From the NCBI GenBank assembly GCA_949358305.1, contig OX442314.1:7378001-7442000 (forward strand): 64,000 nt of DNA, given 5' to 3'. A model generated the notes under the pieces. The model had not been told where the DNA came from. It did no database searches and saw nothing but the letters and a program-made list of their open reading frames with translations. Both the position numbers and the translations under genes were made by a program. Below, in pieces: positions 13,888-24,775 of the stretch (position 1 is its first letter; each line of letters begins with the position of its first letter). Source of the stretch: Strigamia acuminata (lineage: Eukaryota).

Positions 13888-16686
13888 CTATATATCTTGC
13901 TTCCAGACAAACTCCGGATGATAGGCAGAACCGTCGTTGCAGTCTGCACTGCACGTGTAAACGGCTAAGACGCCCCAGTCGATGCTTTCGTTTAGCTTAT
14001 CCAATTTTAAATGGTTTAATAATTGTGGCATCACCTGGAAAAAGGAACGAGAAACTATTTTCAGTATAATGATGTGGTGAATAAAAAAATTATGAACATG
14101 AGTTAACAAATTGAGAGGAAAAAGAGTTTTTACCTGTCTTAAAGGACAGATTTTGTACTTAAAATGCATTTTAACATCTAAAAATGCACATTTTCATAAA
14201 AAAAAAATTATTTTAACATAAAAACATGCATTTTTGGTCTAATAATGTCTAGATAATGCACATTTTCATAAAAAAAAAAAATTATTTTGACACAAAAACA
14301 TGCATTTTTGGTCTAAAGTCGTCTAGATAATGCATATTTCCATCAAAAAAAATTATTTCAACACAGAAACATTCATTTTTAGTCTGAAAATGTCTAGAAA
14401 ATGCACATTTTCATCAAAAAAAAATTATTTTAACATAAAAACATGCATTTTTGGTCAAATGATGTCTAAAAAATGCACATTTTCATCGAAAAAAAATTAT
14501 TTTGACACACAAACATGCATTTTTGGTCTAAAAATGTCTAGAAAATGCATAATTCCATCAAAAAAAATTATTTCAACACAAAAACATTCATTTTTAGTCT
14601 GAAAATGTCTAGAAAATGCACATTTTCGTAAAAAAAAAATTATTTCAACATAAAAACATTCATTTTAAATCTGAAAATGTCTAGAAAATGCACATTTTCA
14701 TCGAAAAAAAATTATTTCAACACAAAAACATGGATTTTTGGTCTAAAAATGTCTATAAAATGCATATTTCCATCAAAAAAAGTTATTTCAACACAAAACA
14801 TGCATTTTTGGTCTAAAAATGTCTAGAAAATGCACATTTTTATCAAAAAAATTTATTTCATTACAAAAACAAGCATCTTTAGTCTAAAAATGTCTAGAAA
14901 ATGCACGTTTTCATCAAAAACAGCCACATTATACTTGAAACTCGAATTTTCGTTCGGCTCCGCACGGACACTTGGGTATATCGCCTTCTTTCGGCATATT
15001 TTCCAACGAAATCCAAAGCGGCTCTGCATTCTTGTGGTACCTCAACACCTACACCAAAAACAAACATTTAAACCAAAAAAAAATTTAATTACTCTAAATT
15101 CATTCAAATTCACTTGTTGCGGCTCCATTTGCGTGCGTTGCAGAAACTTCTGAAACGTTTTGTCTTCTTTCTTCGCCAATTCCTCGAGCACGTGGTTGCT
15201 GTCGCTGCTCTCGGGCAGCATCGACTGCGCTTTTTCCGACGCCAAAAACGTTTTGTACTCGTTCAAAACGTCGTCTTCCGATTTCTTCGGCCTGTCGCCG
15301 GCTTTCGGTTCTTCCTCCATCACGATCTCGTACTCGGGCAGCAAAAAATCCTTCCAACCGGTCGATTCGACCATGATGGCGCAATCTTAAAAATACACAA
15401 AAGAATTAATTAATCGATGCAGAAATTGATTTAAAAATGAAAGAAAAAAGAAAAAGAAAATCGATAAAGTATTGTATAAAACAACGAATAAAATCGGTTT
15501 TAAAAAATCATTTAAACACAAAAAAATGATAAAATTAATAAAAAATTCCTTTAAAACACAAAATATCAAAAAAAATCTCATTTAACACATGAAAACTCGT
15601 TAAAAACATTAATTTAAACAAAAAAAACTGACAAAATCGTTAAAAATTCCTTAAAAACACTAATTTAAACACAAAAAACTGATAAAATCGTTAAAAATTC
15701 ATTAAAAACATTAATTTAAGCACAAAAATCTGATAAAATAGTTAAAAATTCATGAAAAACATTAATTTAAAGACAAAATACTGATAAAATCGCTAAAAAT
15801 TCATTAAAAACATTAATTTAAACACAAAAAAACGATAAAATCGTTAAAAATTCATTAAAAACATTAATTTAAAGACAAAATACTGATAAAATCGTTAAAA
15901 GTTCATTAAAAACATTAATTTAAACACAAAAAACTGATAAAATCGTTAAAAATTCATCAAAAACACAAAAACTCACAAAATCGATAAAATCAAATCATAA
16001 AAACCATAAAAACCCTAAAAAATCGATAAATAAATCCATCAAAAACCCAAAACATCGATAAATACATCAAATCAAAACCCAAAAAAAACAAAAAAACTAA
16101 AAATTAAAAAAAAATTCAATTTCAGCCGAAAAAAAATTTCAATTTCACCTTTTTTGACCAAACATTTGCATTCCTTATTGTGCCCGGCCTTCCAATCGAT
16201 CTTCTGGTGCCCCAACGAACAATATTGTTTGACGTGACACTTGGAGCAGCGCAGCGGGCCCAGGCAGCCGCAAACACAGCACAGCGGTTTCAGATCGGCG
16301 GCGCTGGGTGTCGTGTCGTTTTCGTCCTCTTCGTACGGCTCGTTATCGAAAAAATCATTCATCCTCGCCAGTTGACATCGGAACACTAAAATGTTCTCGT
16401 TCGTGTTCTTTTTGGAGCAGTTTGCGTTCTTGCAAACGAACAACAAAACGGACCTGTGGTAGCACTCGTCGCGCTCGTCCACGGGCGCGTAGATTTGGAG
16501 CAGAAAAACGCACGGATTTTCGCATTTCGGACACGATAGCTGCTTGATTGACGGGAGATTTTTCAGGTCGAGCCATGCGGGTTTGCCGCCTATTTTGCTA
16601 GGGAAATATTTGCTCGTTAACTTCCATGAAACGCATTCTTCGGCGAATCCTAATTCCACGTTGTTTGGTCGAGCGGAGGCAGCCAT
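13888..16686 (-). CDS. PDCD2: Programmed cell death protein 2 (Zfrp8 orthologue), 4 exons
   Basis: Exons 16686-16149, 15385-15114, 15048-14935, 14034-13888 join in frame. [26 protein letters not shown] finger [15 protein letters not shown]...[11 protein letters not shown]...H...C, C-terminal [26 protein letters not shown]. Confidence 0.95.
14160..14920. repeat. about 63-bp tandem repeat in PDCD2 intron 3
   Basis: Recurring aaaatgtctagaaaatgcacattttcatcaaaaaaaattatttcaacacaaaaacatgcatttttggtct units. Confidence 0.85.
15590..15960. repeat. about 49-bp A-rich tandem repeat in PDCD2 intron 1
   Basis: Recurring ctgataaaatcgttaaaaattcattaaaaacattaatttaaacacaaaaaa. Confidence 0.8.
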
Positions 16687-16749
16687 TATCAAGGTTGAAA
16701 GAGTTGTTAGGTTTGGCCGCTTGGGCAAAATTACGTCAATGCATTAAAT

Positions 16750-16795
16750 CGAAGGGGCGGAGCTATTGCTGCTCTGACGTCTCTGACGTCGATAG
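16750..16795 (-). promoter_or_regulatory. Putative PDCD2 proximal promoter (GC box plus two TGACGTC CRE-like sites)
   Basis: ggggcgg at about 16754 and tctgacgtctctgacgtc at about 16773-16790, 70-105 bp upstream of the ATG. Confidence 0.3.
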
Positions 16796-17177
16796 GCGCC
16801 CATTCAAAGCGACACTTCAATCATCCGCCTATTACCGATCGCCGCCGCTGCACCAGACATTGTAAGCGATCAATGCCTTTTCGCGCTCATTCATATGTAT
16901 TGCATGCCAGGAGGTTTGTGATTTCAAATTTTAATATTAACCTCCTCTTACAAATAACCTAGCCTAACCTAACATAACATAACCTAACCTGATAATTGCG
17001 CGCAGGAAAATGTTGGTTTTCAGGCCAAACATATTATCAATGCAATATAGATTCTAGCATCTTATCTATTGTTATCGGTGTTTCAATGTATTTATATAGT
17101 ATTTGTAGTAGTATTTGTATAGTGTTTTCTAGCATGGAGCAACATGCTCTGATTATCTGTTAAGCTTATTTCGATAT

Positions 17178-20100
17178 TGTATTGTTTGTTGCTTAAATCA
17201 GGAGGCTGATGAAATCATGTGAGACATCCATTGTGGTAAAAACAACAACTATCGCCACCTTTTAATAACATTACTAACTACTAATACAAGAACGCCATCT
17301 GGCGTGATAAATACACAACACATCACACATCCCCCTCCCAGTTACAAAGTTATAATTGGAACGAACTAAACGAATTAAATGAATCGAATGAAAAGAGTTC
17401 TTTAACACTCTTCGATCAGCCGACTTGGCTTGTTGACCGCTCTTCCGCTCCTTGTAACCATCGGTCTTGGAGATGTTCGCATCGTCTCTGGTGATTGTCG
17501 AACCGGAACTGGAATCTCGGCCGCCGCTGGTGCCTGTTGTTCCATTGGTGGTTCCTCGACCTCACTGGACTCATCTGCTTGGCTGTCCCCTGGATCAATG
17601 TCGTCCGGCTTGCCCGAATCGTCCTTCAGTGGGATGAGGTGGAATCGATTGCGTTGCACCGTTCGCTTATCGGTGTTAACGACGTATGAGCGTGGTCGTC
17701 CCGCCTTCTTCTCGATGACGCCCGATCGCCTCAAATCGATGATCCAAACCCTCTCGCCTGGTTGTAGATCTGGAAGATCCCTCGCTCGATGTCGCTTGTC
17801 AAAATTCCTCTTTTGGTCCGCTATTCTCTTCTCCTCCTTTCCCCGAAGAAGTTTCGCATCTGGAGTCTTTGGCATCAGTTGGGTTGCGGCGATCGGAACT
17901 TCGGTCCTGATTTTCCGCCCCATCAGCAGCTCCGCGGGTGAGAATCCGTTTGCTAGTGGAGTCGCACGATAACTCTGAAGTGCTTTAAAAGCATTGCTAG
18001 ATTTCTTCAAAATCCGCTTGATGACTTTGACCCCGGCCTCTGCAAACCCGTTACTCTGAGGATATTTCGGACTCGATGTAGTGTGGATGAATTTCCAGTC
18101 CGCTGCGAATATGGAAAACTCTGATTTCAATAGAGTCCCAAATTGCGTTCCATTATCGCTGACCACTTCTTCTGGCGTACCGTGTCGTGAAAATATCGAT
18201 TTTAGAAATTGAATCACTTCGCTTTCCTTGAGCGATGTCAGCGTCTTGACTTCTGGATATCGTGAGTAGTAATCTTCAACTAGCAAATACCACTGACGAT
18301 CCAAGTAGAAAAGATCCATGCCAACTTTCTGCCATGGCCGTCTTGGGAATTCCGCCGGCATGAGTGGTTCGTGAGGATTTGAGGATTCCTTTATACATTC
18401 TGTACACGTGGAAATGCGTTTTTCGACATCCTTCGAAATCCCTGTACACCAAACCGCAGACCTTGCCCTGGCTCGACATTTCGTGATTCCTAAGTGTCCC
18501 GTGTGGATCTTGTCCAGTATGAATTCACGTAATTCCGCTGGGATCACAATCCTTGACCCTTTCATGAGTAGTCCTTCTTCTATGGCTATCTCATCTCGGT
18601 ATTGCCAAAAGTCTCCTAACCCTTGTGGTAATTGATCTTTGGCTGGCCATCCATATTGACTGAACTGCCGAAGCTTGATGCAAATCGGATCCCTGTTCTG
18701 GACATCAATGATTTCACCCAAGCGTTGGTCAGTTGCTTGAAGATGCTTGGTAATCAGCTGCACATAAGCTGTCACGCAACCCTCGAGCCGTTGCTCAATG
18801 TCGCCATCTTCTTCAGTGTCTGGCAATGGACGCCTTGACAAAACATCAGCCGCGCCTAACTCTTTGCCTGGAATGTGCTTGACCGTGTAGCAGTATCGCT
18901 GAAGTCGAAGTCGCATCCGCTGCAATTTTGGAGTGATCTCGTCGAGCTCCTTTGTCATTAAGATGGGTACTAACGGCTTGTGGTCAGTTTCCAGACAGAC
19001 GGGAATTCCAATGACGAAGTTCTTGAACCTCTCACATGCCCATACGAGAGCATATCCCTCTTTCTCTATCTGTGCCCAATTCTTCTGACATTTCGTTAAG
19101 GTTTTACTCGCGTAGGCAATCGGCCTGAATTTGCCGTCTTCTTGCTTTTGTTTAAGCACCGCCCCTACTCCGTACGAAGACGCATCTGCTGTGATCACTG
19201 TCTCTCTCGTAGGATCGAACCACGCTAATGTTGGGGCCTTTGATAATTCCTCTTTAATGGCGTCAAACGCCGCTTCTTGCTGCGTCCCCCATCGGAATTC
19301 ATTCTTGCCGCCCAATAGTTCATTTAACGGGTGTGCTTTTGTTGCCAAATTCTGGATGAATCTACCCAGGTAATTGACTGAACCCAGTAGACTTCGTAAT
19401 TCCGACACATTTTCGGGTTTGCCCATTTTTCTAATGGCTACTATCCGGTCGTCATCGACATGAACTCCGGCTTGATCAATGATGTGTCCCAGGAATTTTA
19501 TCTTGGTTTTTCCAAACTCGCATTTCGCTACGTTCAACGTTATTCCCGCTTCTAGCAAGCGTTGGAGAACCGCACGTAAACGTCTATCATGCTCCTCGAT
19601 GGTGTCGCCATAAACCAATATGTCATCAACGTTGACTTGCTTGCCTTCCAATCCTTCGAGAATTTCGCTCATCCTCTTCTGAAAGAATTCAGGTGCTGCA
19701 TTTATGCCGAAAGGAAGCCTCTTGAACATGTATCGGCCAAATGGAGTGATGAATGTTGTCAACAGCCGTGATTCGGCATCCAACTGACACTGCCAAAAGC
19801 CATGATTGGCGTCGAGCTTTGAAAAATACTTCACTTTTCCTAGTCGACCCAACACGTTCTCAGTAACGGGCATCGGATGTGTTTCTCGCATTACGTAGCG
19901 ATTAAGCCTCACATAATCCACGCACATGCGAATCGATCCGTCGGGCTTCGGTGCCAAAACCAGCCCAGAACACCAATCTGTTGGTTCTTCTACCCGTTCT
20001 ATTACTCCCAATAATACCATCTTGTCGAGGTTTGCTTTTATCTCATTTAGCAGAGGAATCGGAACTCTTCGAGGTGTCATTAACGCATATGGACTTGCAT

Positions 20101-21948
20101 CAGGTTTCAGTCTAATTTTGTACGGTATTTCAACGCGTCCCAGACCGCTGAATAGCTTCGGATAAGCTGTCTTCGGATTGAATGACATCTTCGGTGTCTT
20201 CTCCGTTTTCACCGCATCAACTCCGCTCCGTCTGATAATGTCCAATTCTTCGCAGGTGTCGCCATCCAGTAATGGCTGCATTAAACCTTGAACAACGTAG
20301 ATTGCCGTTAATTTCGACCGTCCTCGGTACTCGATTTTCTCCCATAGCATTCCTAATGTTTCCATTTTGCCTTTGGTCGCATTGTGCAAGTTCAGCTCGG
20401 GTTTCCGTAATTTTCTATCGGAAAAATAGTCCTTATAGACTTCTTCGGGAATGCACGTTGTTTCGGCGCCGGAATCTGCCTTGAATGTTATTCTTGCGTT
20501 CCTGATCTCGACCGACACATGCCATCTTCCCTGTCGACTGGCAACTCCGTTGACTGATTCAATGTAAGAGTCCGTCGCTTCGCCGACCCCTTGAACTGCT
20601 GCGCTTCGGCATACTCTCGCATAATGCCCTTTGCGATTGCATTTGTGGCATGTCGACTTTGCTGCTGGGCAATCCTTCATTGGGTGAAATCCACCGCCAC
20701 ATCTGCCGCAACTACTCGAGTTTTTCGATGCATTCCTCGGCTGCGTCTTGGGACCGCCGTCCGGTTTGCTCGATTTCCCGCTGTCGTCCGGTCGTTCAGT
20801 CTTCTTTTTCCAGAAGTTGGATCGTTGCACCTTCTTGGAGTCAACTCGATCCACGGACCTATTGGTCGATGACGCTTCCAGCAATGTTTTCGACTGCGAA
20901 TTGACCTGTTCAGACTGTTTCGTCATCTCGATTGCTTTCGCCAATGTCAAGTTGCTTTGAAGCTGAAGCTTCTTTGCCATCGCCTTGTCCCTGATGCCAT
21001 TTACTATCTTGTCGCGGATAAACTCGTCATACAACGCATCAAATGTGCAGTGTTTGGCTGCTGTGTGTAATGCCGTGATGTATTTGTCCATTGTTTCCCC
21101 ATCCTTTTGCTGGCGGTTGTAGAACATGGCTCGCTCATAAATCACGTTTGTTGTCGTAACAAATTTTGCCTCAAAAGCTGCCTTCACTTTCGCGTAATCG
21201 TGCTTGTCCGGATCCGCCAATTTGAATGAAGTGTAAATGTCATTTGCTGTGTCTCCCATGTGGTAAAGGAGTGAAGCCACTTGCTTTTTCCCCGGTTGGG
21301 TGTCTAAATCCACCATGGAGCGAAATAACTCAAATCTGGCAATCCATCTTGGCCAATCCGCCGCATTTTTAAAGTCAAATTCGTCCGGTGGCTTGCAAAT
21401 GCTGTGCTCCACTTTTGCCGCCATCTTGTGAGGAATGTTTGTACTAACCACAGTATCAGTATCAGTTTCAGGTTTTAGGCTGTTAGACAATTTTTCACAC
21501 AATTCTTCAATATTTCTTTCTAATTCCAACTTATCTTCATCTATTTCCTCTAGGTCTGCCAGTGCTGACTCAATTTTGAGCGAAATAATGAGCAAATAGT
21601 GTCAATTTTGATCAATCACGGGTAAACTGCTTGCTGCCCCTTGTAGTTGGCTTCCCACGATGCACTCCACACTTGTTTTTCTGGCTATTTTCGATGCCTG
21701 GGTGCTTGGTTGCCACTTCAGTTGGGGTTTGCACAGTCCTTCCCATCAATATCAATCAACTGACCAGTTTTTTTAGGTGTTTCACCGCTGCCACCATGTA
21801 TTGTTTGTTGCTTAAATCAGGAGGCTGATGAAATCATGTGAGACATCCATTGTGGTAAAAACAACAACTATCGCCACCTTTTAATAACATTACTAACTAC
21901 TAATACAAGAACGCCATCTGGCGTGATAAATACACAACACATCACACA
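17178..21948 (-). mobile_element. Full-length Ty3/Gypsy LTR retrotransposon, Mag-like
   Basis: 152-bp TG..CA LTRs at 17178-17329 and 21797-21948 that look identical; 5-bp TSD gatat; PBS TGGTGGCAGCGGTG (complementary to a tRNA-Leu 3' end); PPT TGGGAGGGGGA; single gag-pol ORF. Confidence 0.97.
17402..21424 (-). CDS. Gag-Pol polyprotein (1340 aa from first ATG): gag with two Zn knuckles, protease, RT, RNase H, integrase
   Basis: CGRCGGGFHPMKDC and CHKCNRKGHYARVC; ADSGA; LPFGINAAPE, NVDD; DASSYG, ETDHKPL; H-x-GH...C-x2-C; GMDLF, SDNGTQF, SNGFAE; PR-RT-RH-IN order. Confidence 0.95.
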   Translation of the reverse strand: MAAKVEHSICKPPDEFDFKNAADWPRWIARFELFRSMVDLDTQPGKKQVASLLYHMGDTANDIYTSFKLADPDKHDYAKVKAAFEAKFVTTTNVIYERAMFYNRQQKDGETMDKYITALHTAAKHCTFDALYDEFIRDKIVNGIRDKAMAKKLQLQSNLTLAKAIEMTKQSEQVNSQSKTLLEASSTNRSVDRVDSKKVQRSNFWKKKTERPDDSGKSSKPDGGPKTQPRNASKNSSSCGRCGGGFHPMKDCPAAKSTCHKCNRKGHYARVCRSAAVQGVGEATDSYIESVNGVASRQGRWHVSVEIRNARITFKADSGAETTCIPEEVYKDYFSDRKLRKPELNLHNATKGKMETLGMLWEKIEYRGRSKLTAIYVVQGLMQPLLDGDTCEELDIIRRSGVDAVKTEKTPKMSFNPKTAYPKLFSGLGRVEIPYKIRLKPDASPYALMTPRRVPIPLLNEIKANLDKMVLLGVIERVEEPTDWCSGLVLAPKPDGSIRMCVDYVRLNRYVMRETHPMPVTENVLGRLGKVKYFSKLDANHGFWQCQLDAESRLLTTFITPFGRYMFKRLPFGINAAPEFFQKRMSEILEGLEGKQVNVDDILVYGDTIEEHDRRLRAVLQRLLEAGITLNVAKCEFGKTKIKFLGHIIDQAGVHVDDDRIVAIRKMGKPENVSELRSLLGSVNYLGRFIQNLATKAHPLNELLGGKNEFRWGTQQEAAFDAIKEELSKAPTLAWFDPTRETVITADASSYGVGAVLKQKQEDGKFRPIAYASKTLTKCQKNWAQIEKEGYALVWACERFKNFVIGIPVCLETDHKPLVPILMTKELDEITPKLQRMRLRLQRYCYTVKHIPGKELGAADVLSRRPLPDTEEDGDIEQRLEGCVTAYVQLITKHLQATDQRLGEIIDVQNRDPICIKLRQFSQYGWPAKDQLPQGLGDFWQYRDEIAIEEGLLMKGSRIVIPAELREFILDKIHTGHLGITKCRARARSAVWCTGISKDVEKRISTCTECIKESSNPHEPLMPAEFPRRPWQKVGMDLFYLDRQWYLLVEDYYSRYPEVKTLTSLKESEVIQFLKSIFSRHGTPEEVVSDNGTQFGTLLKSEFSIFAADWKFIHTTSSPKYPQSNGFAEAGVKVIKRILKKSSNAFKALQSYRATPLANGFSPAELLMGRKIRTEVPIAATQLMPKTPDAKLLRGKEEKRIADQKRNFDKRHRARDLPDLQPGERVWIIDLRRSGVIEKKAGRPRSYVVNTDKRTVQRNRFHLIPLKDDSGKPDDIDPGDSQADESSEVEEPPMEQQAPAAAEIPVPVRQSPETMRTSPRPMVTRSGRAVNKPSRLIEEC

Positions 21949-21954
21949 GATATA

Positions 21955-22538
21955 CAGTCGAAACTCTTTATAACGAATCGCGATATAACGAATTATCGCT
22001 ATAACGAATTGTTAAAAATGACTTGGTTGGCCAGCCATAGAACACCATGTTAAATATTTTCGTTATAACGAATTTCGATATAACGAATTTCGATATAACG
22101 AATTATTCGTTATAACAAACAGGTTTTCAGGTACACTGTAATACCAACAAGCCCTCGTTATAACGAATTTTCAAAACTGATCACATGACTCACAACATCT
22201 TATGCCTATGTTAAGAACACATTTAGAAAAAATGAAAGATTTTCTGTTTTAAAATGGCTGCCAAATGAAAAGAAATTTTGATTTAGGACAAGTTGAACAT
22301 TTTTAATGCCATTAACAATGGCAAGACGCTACCAATTGTAGCAGTTGAGTTTAATTTGTCCCGTTTTAACAATTTCAACAGTTTTTAAAAATCGGATCAA
22401 ATTAACATGATTTTATGAATAAATAATGTTGTTTATGATGACATTTTATTTTTTTCAGCTAATTCGTTTTAACGAATTCTCGTTATAACGAATCGATTTG
22501 TCCGGTCCCTTGCGATTCGTTATAAAGAGTTTCGACTG
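21955..22538 (+). mobile_element. Internally deleted pogo/Tigger-like DNA transposon
   Basis: ta|cagtcgaaactctttataacgaatcgc ... gcgattcgttataaagagtttcgactg|ta; repeated ataacgaa subterminal motif; decayed CENP-B-type HTH at about 22254-22400 (DKLNIFNAINNGKTLPIVAVEFNLSR/TISTVFKNR). Confidence 0.85.
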
Positions 22539-23649
22539 TATTTTCATTGTGTATTTCCGTATACTGACACTAGGTGTCATATCTATCATGTCTTGTATCC
22601 AAGATGGCGCCGCACAGGTGCACATGTCATCTCTATGATTTTTCACATGTTTCAGCGATGAAATGGAACCATTAGTGAGTTATTTTGTTTCTAATAAATA
22701 GTTTATATTCTTTTACATTGCTGTCTTTCCTTTTCGCACGTCTATTATAAGTGCATTTGACCGTGCGCGTCGTGTAGACGTTGCCCCGTGCGTACGAGCA
22801 GTGCGCCGCCCGAACTTCGTTATTTTCGGCATTTAGCACGACGTTTCATGCATATTTTTCATCGCTCTGCTACAGAAAATTGTGATGTTCGCAAGCAATG
22901 ACTGGTGCAGCGGCGGCGATCGGTAGTGACACTGTATAAAATCATATGAGCGTTCGGGACCAAACGAACATTCGACCGGATGTGGCCCATGCAATAATGG
23001 CGAACGACGAGGGACGAACGAGCCGAACATTGCGATTGAATTGAATTATTTGATTGGATTAGCCATTCGACGGTAGGACAACTTGTTTATTAAATTTTTC
23101 AAAAATGAAAAGCGTCGCACGAAATGTAATAAATAAATTAATAATTAATAATAATTAGAATCGAATTGAATCCAATCCAATCCAAATTTTTTTTAAATAC
23201 CGGTAAGAAGTTTAATGCTTTGTTTAGAAAATTTGATTAGAGAAAGTGTGTACGTATATGGACATCCAGCACACATACTGAACACTAACTGGACCAAGGG
23301 AAATTATGGATACCGAAACACGTTACATTTGGCTTGTGTTTAATCACAGAATTGATGTTTGACTCTGTGGCAAAGGAAAAAATGTTTAGAAGGACCTGTC
23401 ACCTGTGCATAAAACCTTCATGTTTCTGTCATGTGATACATTGAATGAACTATTAATGTTTTTCAACTACTTTTTTATTTTGCCATTTGAAAGTACAGAG
23501 TACATTTTAATAACTATTCTAAAAACAAATTATTTTAAACGAGGTACACCAGAAGGTTAAAATACAACTTTGAACATTTGATAAACATCTACACAGCGAA
23601 AAGCTGCAGTCAATTACGGGCTGTGTTAATCCGCCTCAAGTTCACCAAC

Positions 23650-23856
23650 TATACTCTAGCCATGTGTAAGTTTGGCCTAACTCCGAGCCTTTTCTCTGGT
23701 GTAGTGATACAAGAAAATAGATCCAAACACCAGAAGCAAGCAATAAACTCTGAACTATTTTCCCTGGTGGCAGCACAGAGCACAGTATAGAGACTGTGGC
23801 ACAGAGTGAGTAATGAGGCTCGGAGTTAGGCCAAACTTACACATGGCCAGAGTATA
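23650..23856. mobile_element. TATACTC-family foldback MITE
   Basis: tatactctagccatgtgtaagtttggcctaactccgagcct mirrored at the right end; absent from the paralogous region near 57880. Confidence 0.75.
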
Positions 23857-24360
23857 ACTATAATGTTGCGAGCGCAAAAAGACCGATTCAAGTTCTCGTG
23901 CTACTTATAAATTATAAGTAGCATTTATAAAATTTTAGGGAGTTGAATGGTGAACACAAAAGATCACACTGGTGCTGATAGACCAGGAACCATTGCACTA
24001 ACTTTTAAGATAATGACTCTTTCTAGTGCACGTCAAACTAACAATTCGTGTTCATTAAATATAGACCTTTTTAAATGTGTGATGCACAAGATTTAAAATA
24101 TTTTATGTGAATAGCTTATTGAAGTAATATTTTATGTCTAGGAAAGATCAAAACAGTTCACACGTGCACATGATTTTAAGGATAGTTCCATAAAGAGAAA
24201 TTACTTTAATTTTTTTTTTATATAATAAATGAAGTAAACTTTATAACAAATGTAACTTTTAAAAACTACTGTGCATTTTATATCTTAAAAATATAGGAGC
24301 CAGACTATTATCCTTCTTTAAACTTAGGACTAATATGTGACATGTGGATAGCTTTAACGT

Positions 24361-24550
24361 AGCTATATTTTATTGCTTCTTATACCAATTAAAAGTGTTT
24401 AAAATGCAGAGATAGAGAGACAGTAATGACATTACCAAACCTAATCCAACAATACTGCGGACATCGCTTAACAATTGAGACATTGGATAAGCTCGTTGCT
24501 CTTCTATACTCTCCAACAATGTATCGGAGAATTCCATACTTATATTGTTG
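24361..24550 (-). pseudogene. Decayed extra copy of the ENaC last exon (TM2b)
   Basis: MEFSDTLLESIEEQRAYPMSQLLSDVRSIVGLGLVMSLLSLYLCILNTFNWYKKQ*; key Gly to Arg/Val changes; the upstream Cys-rich part is missing. Confidence 0.75.
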
Positions 24551-24775
24551 CAATTCTGATGTGAAAACTCAATCAGAATAAAGAGTTGATTTTGAAGTGC
24601 AAAAGTAGCAAACTTTACTACACCTTAACGTTGTAAAAATTTTTGAACAAGTTCTTATTCTTATAGCCTTTAAATTAACAACTGTAAACTATTAACAATA
24701 CACTTAAGTTTAGAACTAACATTTGAAAAAGATTTAAATTGTCTTGTGCATAGATAGCTTTAACAATTTCATATT

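Larger units (their letters stand above)
16835..22923. mobile_element. TA-flanked TIR element (about 0.73 kb when empty) hosting the Gypsy and Tigger insertions
   Basis: ta|ccgatcgccgccgctgcaccagacattg ... caatgactggtgcagcggcggcgatcgg|ta; internal aacct repeats. Confidence 0.75.

Noticed and set aside
17430..20960. Plus-strand ORFs within the retrotransposon
   Set aside because: Antisense shadows of the GC-richer gag-pol ORF with no motifs.
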